Shown here: piece by piece, positions 1 through 9,563 of the stretch
How the letters are laid out: each line of letters begins with the position of its first letter
How positions within the stretch are numbered: position 1 is the first letter of the stretch
Source: an uncultured bacterium
GTDB taxonomy: Bacteria > Auribacterota > JACPWU01
Direction: 5' to 3'
Length of the DNA: 32,000 nucleotides
Assembly (NCBI GenBank): GCA_964640155.1
Contig: CAZXEQ010000009.1
Span: 7,961-39,960 of the forward strand
Made by a program: the position numbers and the translations under genes
The notes under the pieces: model-generated
Databases searched by the model: none
Told to the model about the DNA's origin: nothing
Seen by the model: only the letters and a program-made list of their open reading frames with translations

Positions 1-1
1 T

Positions 2-532
2 GATACACCCTTTGCAACTGATCATTGTGGAACTTGCACCCGATGCTTAGATGCTTGTCCCACTCAAGCCTTCACGGCCCCACGAATTTTAGACGCAAGA
101 AGCTGTATCAGTTATCTTACAATTGAACATCGTGGAGAAATCCCTTTAGAAAAAAGAGAGATGATGGGAAGTCATATCTCGGGTTGTGATATTTGTCAGG
201 ATGTGTGCCCTTATAATCATCAACCTATTCCAACTACTATCAAAGACTTCTACCCCAAAACTGAATTTCAAGAAAACGGATCTGGAAATATTTCTTTAGA
301 GAAAATCTCAAAAATTACACCTGAAGAATTCCAGAAACTTTTTTTTGACAGCCCCATCAAACGGCTTAAATATGAAGGCTTGATGCGAAATGCCATCATC
401 GCTATGGGAAATTCTGGAAACCCTTCCTTTGTTGAAACACTAAAAATCATGAAATCAAAAATTCAAAATCCAATGTTGGAAGAGCATATGGAGTGGGCTC
501 AAGTAAAGTTAGCTTCAAAGGGAAAAGAATAA
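2..532 (+). CDS. queG: Epoxyqueuosine reductase QueG, C-terminal part (5' end lies outside the window)
   Basis: The frame is open from base 2 and in phase with the 161..532 ORF. It has two ferredoxin-type Cys motifs (CGTCTRCLDACP and CDICQDVCPYN), the SYLTIEHRGEIP motif typical of QueG, and a HEAT-like tail. Confidence 0.8.
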   Translation, partial: DTPFATDHCGTCTRCLDACPTQAFTAPRILDARSCISYLTIEHRGEIPLEKREMMGSHISGCDICQDVCPYNHQPIPTTIKDFYPKTEFQENGSGNISLEKISKITPEEFQKLFFDSPIKRLKYEGLMRNAIIAMGNSGNPSFVETLKIMKSKIQNPMLEEHMEWAQVKLASKGKE

Positions 533-587
533 AAATTTTAAATTATACATTGCCTTATATACTTCTATTCTTGTAGATTAGCTAAAT

Positions 588-983
588 ATGAAACCTCAAA
601 ATAAAAACACCAAAAAATATACCATTCACATCGAAACCCTCTTTGAGTCAGCTCACAATTTAAGAGAGTATCATGGAGTACCTGAACCCCTTCATGGACA
701 CACATGGAAGGCAGAAGTCTTTGCCGAGAGATGTGGATTAGATCATGAAGATATGGCCATCGATTTTTTAGAATTAAGATCTGCCTTAGATACGCTTATC
801 AAACCTTTTGAACACAAGTACATCAACGACATTGCCCCTTTTGACAAGATTAATCCCTCTACTGAAAATATTGCCACTTGGATTTTCGAAGAATTAAAAA
901 AGAAATTTGAAGGGCATCCTGCTCAAATTAAAAGAGTAAGAATTTGGGAAGGGCCTCAGTATTCAGCAAGTGTGGAAGATTAA
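588..983 (+). CDS. queD: 6-carboxy-5,6,7,8-tetrahydropterin synthase (QueD / PTPS family)
   Basis: 131 aa. It has the PLHGHTW zinc-binding His motif and the small PTPS-fold size, and it is adjacent to queG. Confidence 0.85.
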   Translation: MKPQNKNTKKYTIHIETLFESAHNLREYHGVPEPLHGHTWKAEVFAERCGLDHEDMAIDFLELRSALDTLIKPFEHKYINDIAPFDKINPSTENIATWIFEELKKKFEGHPAQIKRVRIWEGPQYSASVED

Positions 984-998
984 AAAATTAATCGAAGT

Positions 999-3040
<2,042 letters not shown>

Positions 3041-3071
3041 TGAATTATTCACACAATGTGTGAATAATTCA
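3041..3071. repeat. 31-bp perfect palindrome overlapping the stop codon of the 3069..3632 gene
   Basis: TGAATTATTCACACA-a-TGTGTGAATAATTCA. The arms are 3041-3055 and 3057-3071. Confidence 0.8.
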
Positions 3072-3632
3072 GGGTTTAGCAATTCCTGCAATAGCAAATC
3101 CAGCTAAAATCCATCCCATCACGAGATCTGCACACGTAACCAATGTATATTTGATTTCAAAACCCCACCAATTCCAATAAGGAATATGCCCTACAATCGC
3201 TGCTGCCAAACCAAAAAGCGTGACAAACAAAACACGTTTAGAATAGGACAAACCTTTTGTTTGAAGTAAAAGCCATGCCACTAATAAAGAAGCAAGCACT
3301 TGAGTCAAAAATCCTATTCCCATTTGTGGCCCCATTCCTCCCTTACAACCTTTTTGATGAATAGAGGCAAAAATAAAAGGACCTTCTTTCATTTTTTCTT
3401 CCATGTTTTTTGTAGCGCCATCGGTTGTGGATTGTTCGTTGTTATTATGACAAAAAGGATACATATACATTCCATCTTTAGAGACATTATCCAAAACAAC
3501 TTGTGTAACAGATGTTTCATTTCTAAAAGAATTAAGTGTCATCATATGCCATGGTAATACCATCCAGGATAAAGAACCCCAAGCAAAAATAATAACGGCA
3601 CCCGCAATTGCACTAAAGATCAATTTTTTCAT
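3069..3632 (-). CDS. Hypothetical integral membrane protein (last gene of the operon)
   Basis: 187 aa with an N-terminal hydrophobic segment and 3-4 C-terminal TM-like segments. Its ATG overlaps the upstream stop (ATGA overlap at 3629-3632). No family was recognised. Confidence 0.6.
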   Translation of the reverse strand: MKKLIFSAIAGAVIIFAWGSLSWMVLPWHMMTLNSFRNETSVTQVVLDNVSKDGMYMYPFCHNNNEQSTTDGATKNMEEKMKEGPFIFASIHQKGCKGGMGPQMGIGFLTQVLASLLVAWLLLQTKGLSYSKRVLFVTLFGLAAAIVGHIPYWNWWGFEIKYTLVTCADLVMGWILAGFAIAGIAKP

Positions 3633-3985
3633 ATTGTATTTCCCCCATGTTTATCTGTCTTGTTACACTCACAAGCTCCTTTCCCTTCACTACATCCTCC
3701 ATCTTTTGAAAAAGCATTGGTCAATTCAAAAATACCACCTTCTTCATCTTGAATAAAATCTACATTTAATCCTACGACATACTTTAAAGACTGAGGATCA
3801 ATGTAGAGAGAAAAGTTTTCATAATTCAGAACAAGATCTTCCTGAGTTGCTTGATCAATACCTAAAACGTATTTTCCATTTTCAAGAAAAATACGCAAAC
3901 CCTTTCCCTCTTCTTGTAACAAACATTCTTTAATTTTAGAAACAGCGGCTTCACTAAAGTTAACCCTATCGAGCGTACGCTGCAT
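3629..3985 (-). CDS. HesB/IscA-like (A-type Fe-S carrier fold) protein, divergent
   Basis: It has IscA-like N-terminal and central blocks (FSEAAVSKIKE.., LYIDPQSLKYVVGLNVDFIQDEEGGIFELTN). The first conserved Cys is absent and the C-terminal tail is atypical (GGCSEGKGACEC). The ATG at 3985 is preferred over the TTG at 4006. Confidence 0.6.
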   Translation of the reverse strand: MQRTLDRVNFSEAAVSKIKECLLQEEGKGLRIFLENGKYVLGIDQATQEDLVLNYENFSLYIDPQSLKYVVGLNVDFIQDEEGGIFELTNAFSKDGGCSEGKGACECNKTDKHGGNTI

Positions 3986-5000
3986 ATTTTTCTTCCCATT
4001 CTTCAAAATCAGGCGAGAAATATCTCACACGCGTTTTCTTATATTCAGTTGAGCTATAAAGTGCTTTATATTCGTGAAGACCTGTGTCTTGAGAAATGGC
4101 TTCCAAAATTTTTTCGCATTCTTCTTCTGTCTTCCCATGAACCATGGAGAAAAGTGGATATGGCCAATCAGGATAAGTGGGTCGGCGATAACAATGAGAA
4201 ACCGCTTTAAATTGCGCCATCTTTCTCCCAGCTTCATCAACATCTCCAGAAGGAACAGACCAAACACCCATCGCATTAGCCATAAAACCTGCTCGACGAT
4301 GATGAAGAATTGCAGCAAAGCGACGCATTTTACCTCTTCTGACTAAATCTTGAATAATGTGAAAAAGCATTTCTTGAGAAATTTCTAAATTCTGGGCAAG
4401 AGGCTTAAAAGGCTCTAGTGTCAGCTGTATATCTTCTTGAAGCTGACAGATGGCAGTAATATCGGAAGGAGAGAGAATTTCTTTGTTTATTTTTTCTTCA
4501 TTGTAAACCCCATCTCCACTCTTTGCCAAATTGACTTCTGAAGTCATATCCAAGGTAACACCAATTTTATAAAGCTTAAGTGTGGGCATCAAACGAATAG
4601 ATTCAGCCTTTGATAAAATCCCCATCAATTCTACAGTCTTTTCTAAACCCAAACGACTTTTAGGCGAAACGGCTACCGTAAACCAAAGATTAAACTCGTG
4701 ATTGCGACGATAATTATGAGAAACCCCTGGATGTTCATTAATCATTTTTGCTGTTTCAAGAATATGATCAGACGGTGCTTTTGCAGCAACCAAACTGGAT
4801 TGATAACCCATGCTGCGGGTATCAAAAATCGCACTGATTTGACGAATGATATTGGCCTTCTTCATGACCTGAACTCTCTGAAGAGCTTCTTCTTCAGAAA
4901 TTCCAAAAACATCTCCTAAAATTTTAAAAGGTCTTTCATGAAGAGGGAAATCTTCTTGAATTCTCGTCAATATTTGTTTATCGATTGCTGTTAATTCCAT
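3966..5000 (-). CDS. Fused AhbA/AhbB (NirD/L/G/H-like) siroheme decarboxylase family protein, two Lrp/AsnC-like modules
   Basis: It has two tandem HTH plus AsnC-type halves: LTAIDKQILTRIQEDFPL..RPF and SPSDITAICQLQEDIQLTLEPF. The HPGVSHNYRR and AVSHCYRR motifs are typical of the siroheme decarboxylase family. The ATG at 5000 has an AAGGG upstream. The track start at 5048 is TTG. Confidence 0.7.
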   Translation of the reverse strand: MELTAIDKQILTRIQEDFPLHERPFKILGDVFGISEEEALQRVQVMKKANIIRQISAIFDTRSMGYQSSLVAAKAPSDHILETAKMINEHPGVSHNYRRNHEFNLWFTVAVSPKSRLGLEKTVELMGILSKAESIRLMPTLKLYKIGVTLDMTSEVNLAKSGDGVYNEEKINKEILSPSDITAICQLQEDIQLTLEPFKPLAQNLEISQEMLFHIIQDLVRRGKMRRFAAILHHRRAGFMANAMGVWSVPSGDVDEAGRKMAQFKAVSHCYRRPTYPDWPYPLFSMVHGKTEEECEKILEAISQDTGLHEYKALYSSTEYKKTRVRYFSPDFEEWEEKYAAYAR

Positions 5001-5079
5001 TATTACCCTTTCAAGCAGCTGGAAATCAGATGCGTAAAACTTTCTCAAAAAATAAGGATGGTTGTTCTATCTCGATTGA

Positions 5080-6123
5080 TCAACTCTTCAAGTCGTTCAT
5101 TCTACGCAACGCTTCTAATTTCTTCAAGGGTTGTTTTGAATAAAGAGATTCTCTGGATTTTTCGACTGCTTCTAGCCAATTTTTTGAGATTCCAGAGGTA
5201 TAAATCAGAACAGCCGCATTCAAAATCACAAGATGGCTTAAATGATTTTGCTTTGCCTCTAAAAGATTTAACACAAATTCAGCATTCATCCCAGAGTTGA
5301 TTGAATCAAACTCAAGCTCTTCAGTCCGTTCAAGGCCTAATTCTTTGGGTTGAATTAATAAAGGATGTGTTTCATTCAAATCCAATTCAACAGCTTTGGT
5401 TGTTCTACTGATTCGACAGTCAATGGTACCTTCCACTCCCTGAACCACTAAGGCATGTGACATTTTTAGACTTTTTAATATCGCAGGAATTGTTTCTAAA
5501 TAAGGACCATGATAAATAGAAATGATTTGATGAGGAGCATTAAGAGGATTCCATAATTTTTCAATATGATTAAAAACCGTTCTCAGGCCCAATTCTTCAC
5601 GGATTCTTTTAAGCTCAGCAACTCTTGGCGAGATATGCTCAATCGAAACAAATCCGACCCCTATTTCTTTTAATGCATTCTCTGTTTTTTCAAGTGTCCA
5701 ATGAATCGGTAAACCCAAATCACGAAAAACATCTCTGACACTAACACCATATTTAGGAGGAGTTTGAGATTGACCATGGAAAAGAATTTGCGCACCTGCT
5801 GCGGCAGCCACAAAAGCTGCAGCTGGACTAACATGAGGATATTTTACTTTCCCATCATAAGCATTACCACAATCAATCAGATGAGGAAGATCAACTTCAA
5901 GTTGATGGCAGTACTCACGAGTAACTTTTGTAAAAGCAGCAAGCTCCTCAACAGATTCTCCCTTCATTCTTAAAGGAACAAGAAGCGCTCCAATTTGAGC
6001 ATCTGTTGCTTCTCCTTTTAAAAGGAGGCGAAAAGCTGCTTCTGCTTCTTCAACCGTTAAATCTCGCGAAAGTTTAGGCCCAGTTCCAACAGCCTTGATA
6101 TATTTCCTAAATTCTAAATTCAT
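5080..6123 (-). CDS. Anthranilate phosphoribosyltransferase-like (glycosyltransferase family 3 / TrpD2-like) protein
   Basis: It has a TrpD-like N-terminal helical domain (LTVEEAEAAFRLLLKGEATDAQIGALLVPLRMKGESVEELAAF) and ELGLRTVFN. The catalytic GTGGDG motif is replaced by DCGNAYDGK. The ATG at 6123 is preferred. The track start at 6159 is TTG. Confidence 0.65.
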   Translation of the reverse strand: MNLEFRKYIKAVGTGPKLSRDLTVEEAEAAFRLLLKGEATDAQIGALLVPLRMKGESVEELAAFTKVTREYCHQLEVDLPHLIDCGNAYDGKVKYPHVSPAAAFVAAAAGAQILFHGQSQTPPKYGVSVRDVFRDLGLPIHWTLEKTENALKEIGVGFVSIEHISPRVAELKRIREELGLRTVFNHIEKLWNPLNAPHQIISIYHGPYLETIPAILKSLKMSHALVVQGVEGTIDCRISRTTKAVELDLNETHPLLIQPKELGLERTEELEFDSINSGMNAEFVLNLLEAKQNHLSHLVILNAAVLIYTSGISKNWLEAVEKSRESLYSKQPLKKLEALRRMNDLKS

Positions 6124-6133
6124 GGGCGCTATT

Positions 6134-7060
6134 CTACGTCTGATAGGGCCCCAAATCAAGGATCATACATTTAACAGATCCCCCACCCTTTTCAAAAAAC
6201 TCTGAAACATCGACTTCGATCGGGGTTACATCTCTTTCTTTAATCTGTTCTTTTAATTGCATACTCACACCTTTAGGCATGAGTAAAAACTTTCCGGTAT
6301 TCGTTTCTGCATAAAATGAATTCGCCGCATAAGCAATTCCATCTTCTGCGCTGAGTGAAATTAAATTATCATGAAAAGAGGTTTTCAGAAGACCCTGCCC
6401 TTTCTTTGAAATACCAGGTAGATACGCCAACAAAAATTTTAGCGCTGGACCAAAAGCACAAAGCGCTGTATCTCCGTGATAAAAACGTTCATCTATAAGT
6501 TCAATATCCAAAATTTGAAGATTCTTAAACTCTGAACATAATACCTCTAGCATGTGTACATCTGTTCTAAATCCATAAACACGTTTGTAAGGTGGCAACC
6601 CCCATTTGAATTGATAACATTGACGAATAATTTTCCCATAAGTCATCATCCAATAAGGCCCTGCTGGAAAGAAATCAGCTTCTCCTTCAAAAGAAAAAGG
6701 TATTTCTCGAATTTGAAATCCTAAATTTTCAAGGAAAGGGCGATAATAATGTCCTTCTCCAGCGCGGCCAGGAATAAGTCGACTCATAAGAAAAAACTTT
6801 TCGCAAAAGGGTTTGTCGATTTCCCTATCTATGACAACACCTGCATTGGCAGGAAAAACCATGCCTGGCCATTCTTTCTGGGGAGGAATTACAAAAACAT
6901 GAAGCTCCAAATCTTCAAGCTGATCTTTGAATCGTTTCCATTGAGCCAAAGCGCGTGATAAATCAACTCTCTTTCTAAATCCCCAACGATTGCGTGTATG
7001 AGGATTAGAGCCAGATTTAATTCGAAAGAAGGAAGGACAACCTAAAGCAACGGCACGCAT
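6134..7060 (-). CDS. Pentein-fold guanidino-group modifying enzyme (amidinotransferase / DDAH / citrulline-hydrolase-like)
   Basis: 308 aa with C-terminal GGGSVKCM (catalytic Cys motif of the superfamily), FEGEADFF and YHGDTAL blocks. Confidence 0.7.
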   Translation of the reverse strand: MRAVALGCPSFFRIKSGSNPHTRNRWGFRKRVDLSRALAQWKRFKDQLEDLELHVFVIPPQKEWPGMVFPANAGVVIDREIDKPFCEKFFLMSRLIPGRAGEGHYYRPFLENLGFQIREIPFSFEGEADFFPAGPYWMMTYGKIIRQCYQFKWGLPPYKRVYGFRTDVHMLEVLCSEFKNLQILDIELIDERFYHGDTALCAFGPALKFLLAYLPGISKKGQGLLKTSFHDNLISLSAEDGIAYAANSFYAETNTGKFLLMPKGVSMQLKEQIKERDVTPIEVDVSEFFEKGGGSVKCMILDLGPYQT

Positions 7061-7064
7061 CTTC

Positions 7065-7095
7065 GGTCTCCAGTCACCGGTTACCAGTCTCCAGT
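7065..7095. repeat. Direct repeat GTCTCCAGT x2 (21-nt period) with three CCAGT pentamers in the astA-pentein spacer
   Basis: GTCTCCAGT occurs at 7066-7074 and 7087-7095. CCAGT occurs at 7070, 7084 and 7091. ACCGGT and GGTTACC palindromes lie between them. Confidence 0.6.
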
Positions 7096-7119
7096 AAATC
7101 AGTGTCCTTACTTTGTAGC

Positions 7120-8139
7120 CTACCGGCTAGAAGTATAGTACCAAACATGATCTCCCTTCTTTAGCAAAAGGAGTTCCACACTTTTCTGATCTAAATAAAA
7201 GCCCTTCTTTTCTGTCTTCGCATGCACAAGAGTAGCCCGAATCTTGCCTTTTCTCTCAACTAAAGCAAGGCCTGTGGGCTTTTTATTTTCTGAACAAATT
7301 CCCGAAAAAACATAACTCTTTGTTTTCCGAATTAATGAAATCTGATTCGTTCTCGCTCCATACAAAGGTCCCCCATCGAAGGGATCTACTTGATTTAAAT
7401 ATTTAAATCCTATTTTTTCTAAAAGAAGTTTGGCAGGCACAGATTCAGTCCCCGGTTTTTCTAAAATAGCCTGAATTTTTTCTGGCAACAAACATGTATA
7501 AATCTTTTCTGACGGAAAAAGGGAAAGAATAAATTCTTTATTAGAGGAACTTAAATGATCTGCATCATGATAAGAAAGACCCGTAAAATGTTTCCCTAAA
7601 AAATTCCAAAGAGGATTTTCTCCCTTTGCATCCAGATAAGCTAAAAGTTCAGCCAGGATTCTTTTCTGAAAACGCTGGGGATGGGCCTTCATATACATGA
7701 ATCGAATATAGGAAAGGGCTTTCCCAATGCCTGTTCCTTTGCCACGAAAGTGAGGATCTACTACCAATCCACCTACTTCTGTTGCACCATCCTCGGTTGA
7801 ACGAAGTTTGATATAACGATGCGTAACTTCTTTTTTTAAAGTTTTACTCTTCAGACAATCGACACCCACATCACAATAAATAAAAGGTTTTCCAGGCACC
7901 CCTCTTTTGGCAAGCACTTCAGAAGTTCCAACAATTTTTCCGGATTCCACATCTTCAGCCACAAAAACAAAACGCCCATCATGAGGATTTTTAAGAATGT
8001 TTTCGAAAGATTTTCTGGAGATTTCTATCACTTTGGAGAGAAGCTGGCGATCTTTGGGGAGATTATAAGTGTCCAAAATAGACGCCAAACGGAAGAAAGC
8101 ATTAAGATCTTTTTTTTCTATGCTTCGGATGAGAAACAT
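7120..8139 (-). CDS. astA: Arginine N-succinyltransferase family protein (AstA-like)
   Basis: 339 aa, collinear with AstA: the N-terminus is MFLIRSIEKKDL and the C-terminal block is EKIGFKYLNQVDPFDGGP. There is a strong GGAGG SD upstream of the ATG at 8139. Confidence 0.8.
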   Translation of the reverse strand: MFLIRSIEKKDLNAFFRLASILDTYNLPKDRQLLSKVIEISRKSFENILKNPHDGRFVFVAEDVESGKIVGTSEVLAKRGVPGKPFIYCDVGVDCLKSKTLKKEVTHRYIKLRSTEDGATEVGGLVVDPHFRGKGTGIGKALSYIRFMYMKAHPQRFQKRILAELLAYLDAKGENPLWNFLGKHFTGLSYHDADHLSSSNKEFILSLFPSEKIYTCLLPEKIQAILEKPGTESVPAKLLLEKIGFKYLNQVDPFDGGPLYGARTNQISLIRKTKSYVFSGICSENKKPTGLALVERKGKIRATLVHAKTEKKGFYLDQKSVELLLLKKGDHVWYYTSSR

Positions 8140-8293
8140 GGCTTTTCCCTCCCGCTCTTCGTATCTATTATATCAAGGATTACACTTCAGATCGAGGAAA
8201 GGATAGTAATCAGTGATTTAGATTTTGTATATAAACGTATGCATATTTTATAGATGCGGGTGCCACTTAATTATCAAATTATCTCAAAAATTG

Positions 8294-9001
8294 CTAACTA
8301 CTCATAATGAAAGGAAGTATTTCAGACAAGGTCTTTACCGTGTGGACGGGATGTCTTTTTTGACCCGAACGATCCACAAGTACAGCTTCAATGCCTAATT
8401 TTTGAGAACCTTTGACGTCATCTTTAAGACTATCTCCTATGTGAATCGCTTCAGTGGGTTTAACTTTGGAAAGGCGTAAAGCTTCTTCAAAAATACCTGA
8501 ATGAGGCTTTGAAGAACCGACAATACCTGAAGCAAGAATGAAATCAAAAGATTTTCGAATGCTTAAACCTTCACAAAGAGGAATCAGTCTTGCATCCCAA
8601 TTCGATACAATTCCCAAAATAAATTCTCTTTCTTTAAGCTTTTGAATAACACTTTCAACCTCTGGAAAAAGCTTCCAATATTCTGGCCTGGCAAAAACGT
8701 CATAGAGTTCATTAAAAAATGAATCGAACTCACGAATGGGATCATAATTAGAGAAAACATCTCTCACCAATTCATACCACCACACTTTTTCTTCTGGATG
8801 GACATCAGAATGAGGCAAATGATCACGGCGAAGCCACTCTTGTTTAAAACGTTCCTCCACTTCCTGAGGATTCAAAATACATCCATAAGGTCTCGCTATA
8901 TTTGCATAGATTTCTCCAACAGAAGGATGAGGTGTAAAGAGTGTTCCTCCCGCATCAAAAAATATGGCTCTAAAACGAGATTTTTTATTCAATTTAAACA
9001 A
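8294..9001 (-). CDS. HAD-superfamily hydrolase (subfamily IA-like)
   Basis: It has the motifs FFDAGGTLF, VSNWD and GDSLKDD. The start is TTG (9001 or 8992). There is no in-frame ATG before motif I. Confidence 0.8.
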   Translation of the reverse strand: MFKLNKKSRFRAIFFDAGGTLFTPHPSVGEIYANIARPYGCILNPQEVEERFKQEWLRRDHLPHSDVHPEEKVWWYELVRDVFSNYDPIREFDSFFNELYDVFARPEYWKLFPEVESVIQKLKEREFILGIVSNWDARLIPLCEGLSIRKSFDFILASGIVGSSKPHSGIFEEALRLSKVKPTEAIHIGDSLKDDVKGSQKLGIEAVLVDRSGQKRHPVHTVKTLSEILPFIMSS

Positions 9002-9122
9002 CCTTTATAAAATATTCACCCTTTTGAGAACAAAAAAATATCTCAACGTTCATTTTATCATATTTTTAGAGAACTTAACGAAAGCTCTCTCTTTAAAAAT
9101 TCTCCCTCTTCTTGAAGCGAAT

Positions 9123-9131
9123 TGATATAAT
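9123..9131 (+). promoter_or_regulatory. Extended -10 element (TGATATAAT) immediately upstream of the PilZ gene
   Basis: TGnTATAAT is matched perfectly. The ATG at 9140 lies 8 nt after the -10, and no SD is present, which suggests a leaderless mRNA. Confidence 0.3.
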
Positions 9132-9139
9132 TACAAATT

Positions 9140-9547
9140 ATGGGTTATGAAGAGAAGCGTGGTTACGTACGTCGATACTTTGGAGCTGATGAACGCTATT
9201 TTATTGAACATAAAGTTCATGGAAAGTTTTTTCAAAGGCCCGAAGCTGCATTAACCATCAACTTAAGTGCCTCAGGTTTGCTTTTCCGCTCACCCAAAAT
9301 CATTCCTGTTAATACCATTATTGATGTCAGCCTTTCCCTCCCCCACATTAAAAAACCTGTTCAATTAGTCGCTCGTGTCGTTCGTATGGAACCCACTCAG
9401 AGGCAAGGCATGTTTGACATTGCTATTTTTTATACGGAGATTACAGATCAAAATCGAAGCATCATCGATCAATTCTGTATGGACAAAAAAGAGAGCTCAA
9501 AGAATTCTGAATCATCTATTCCTACTGAAGAAAAACCTCCCCTTTAG
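9140..9547 (+). CDS. PilZ domain protein (putative c-di-GMP receptor)
   Basis: It has an N-terminal Arg-rich RGYVRRYF followed by INLSASGLLF (D/NxSxxG), which is the PilZ signature pair. Confidence 0.7.
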   Translation: MGYEEKRGYVRRYFGADERYFIEHKVHGKFFQRPEAALTINLSASGLLFRSPKIIPVNTIIDVSLSLPHIKKPVQLVARVVRMEPTQRQGMFDIAIFYTEITDQNRSIIDQFCMDKKESSKNSESSIPTEEKPPL

Positions 9548-9563
9548 GATACCACTTTTGTTT

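Noticed and set aside
3986-6159. Longer N-termini given by the ORF track (4006, 5048, 6159, and also 24264 and 28311)
   Set aside because: Four of the five track starts are non-ATG (TTG at 4006, 5048 and 6159; GTG at 24264) and 28311 is an upstream ATG. All create long overlaps or non-homologous leaders. Internal ATGs at 3985, 5000, 6123, 24216 and 28341 fit the homology boundaries. All but 6123 also have SD-like purine tracts. These remain predictions.
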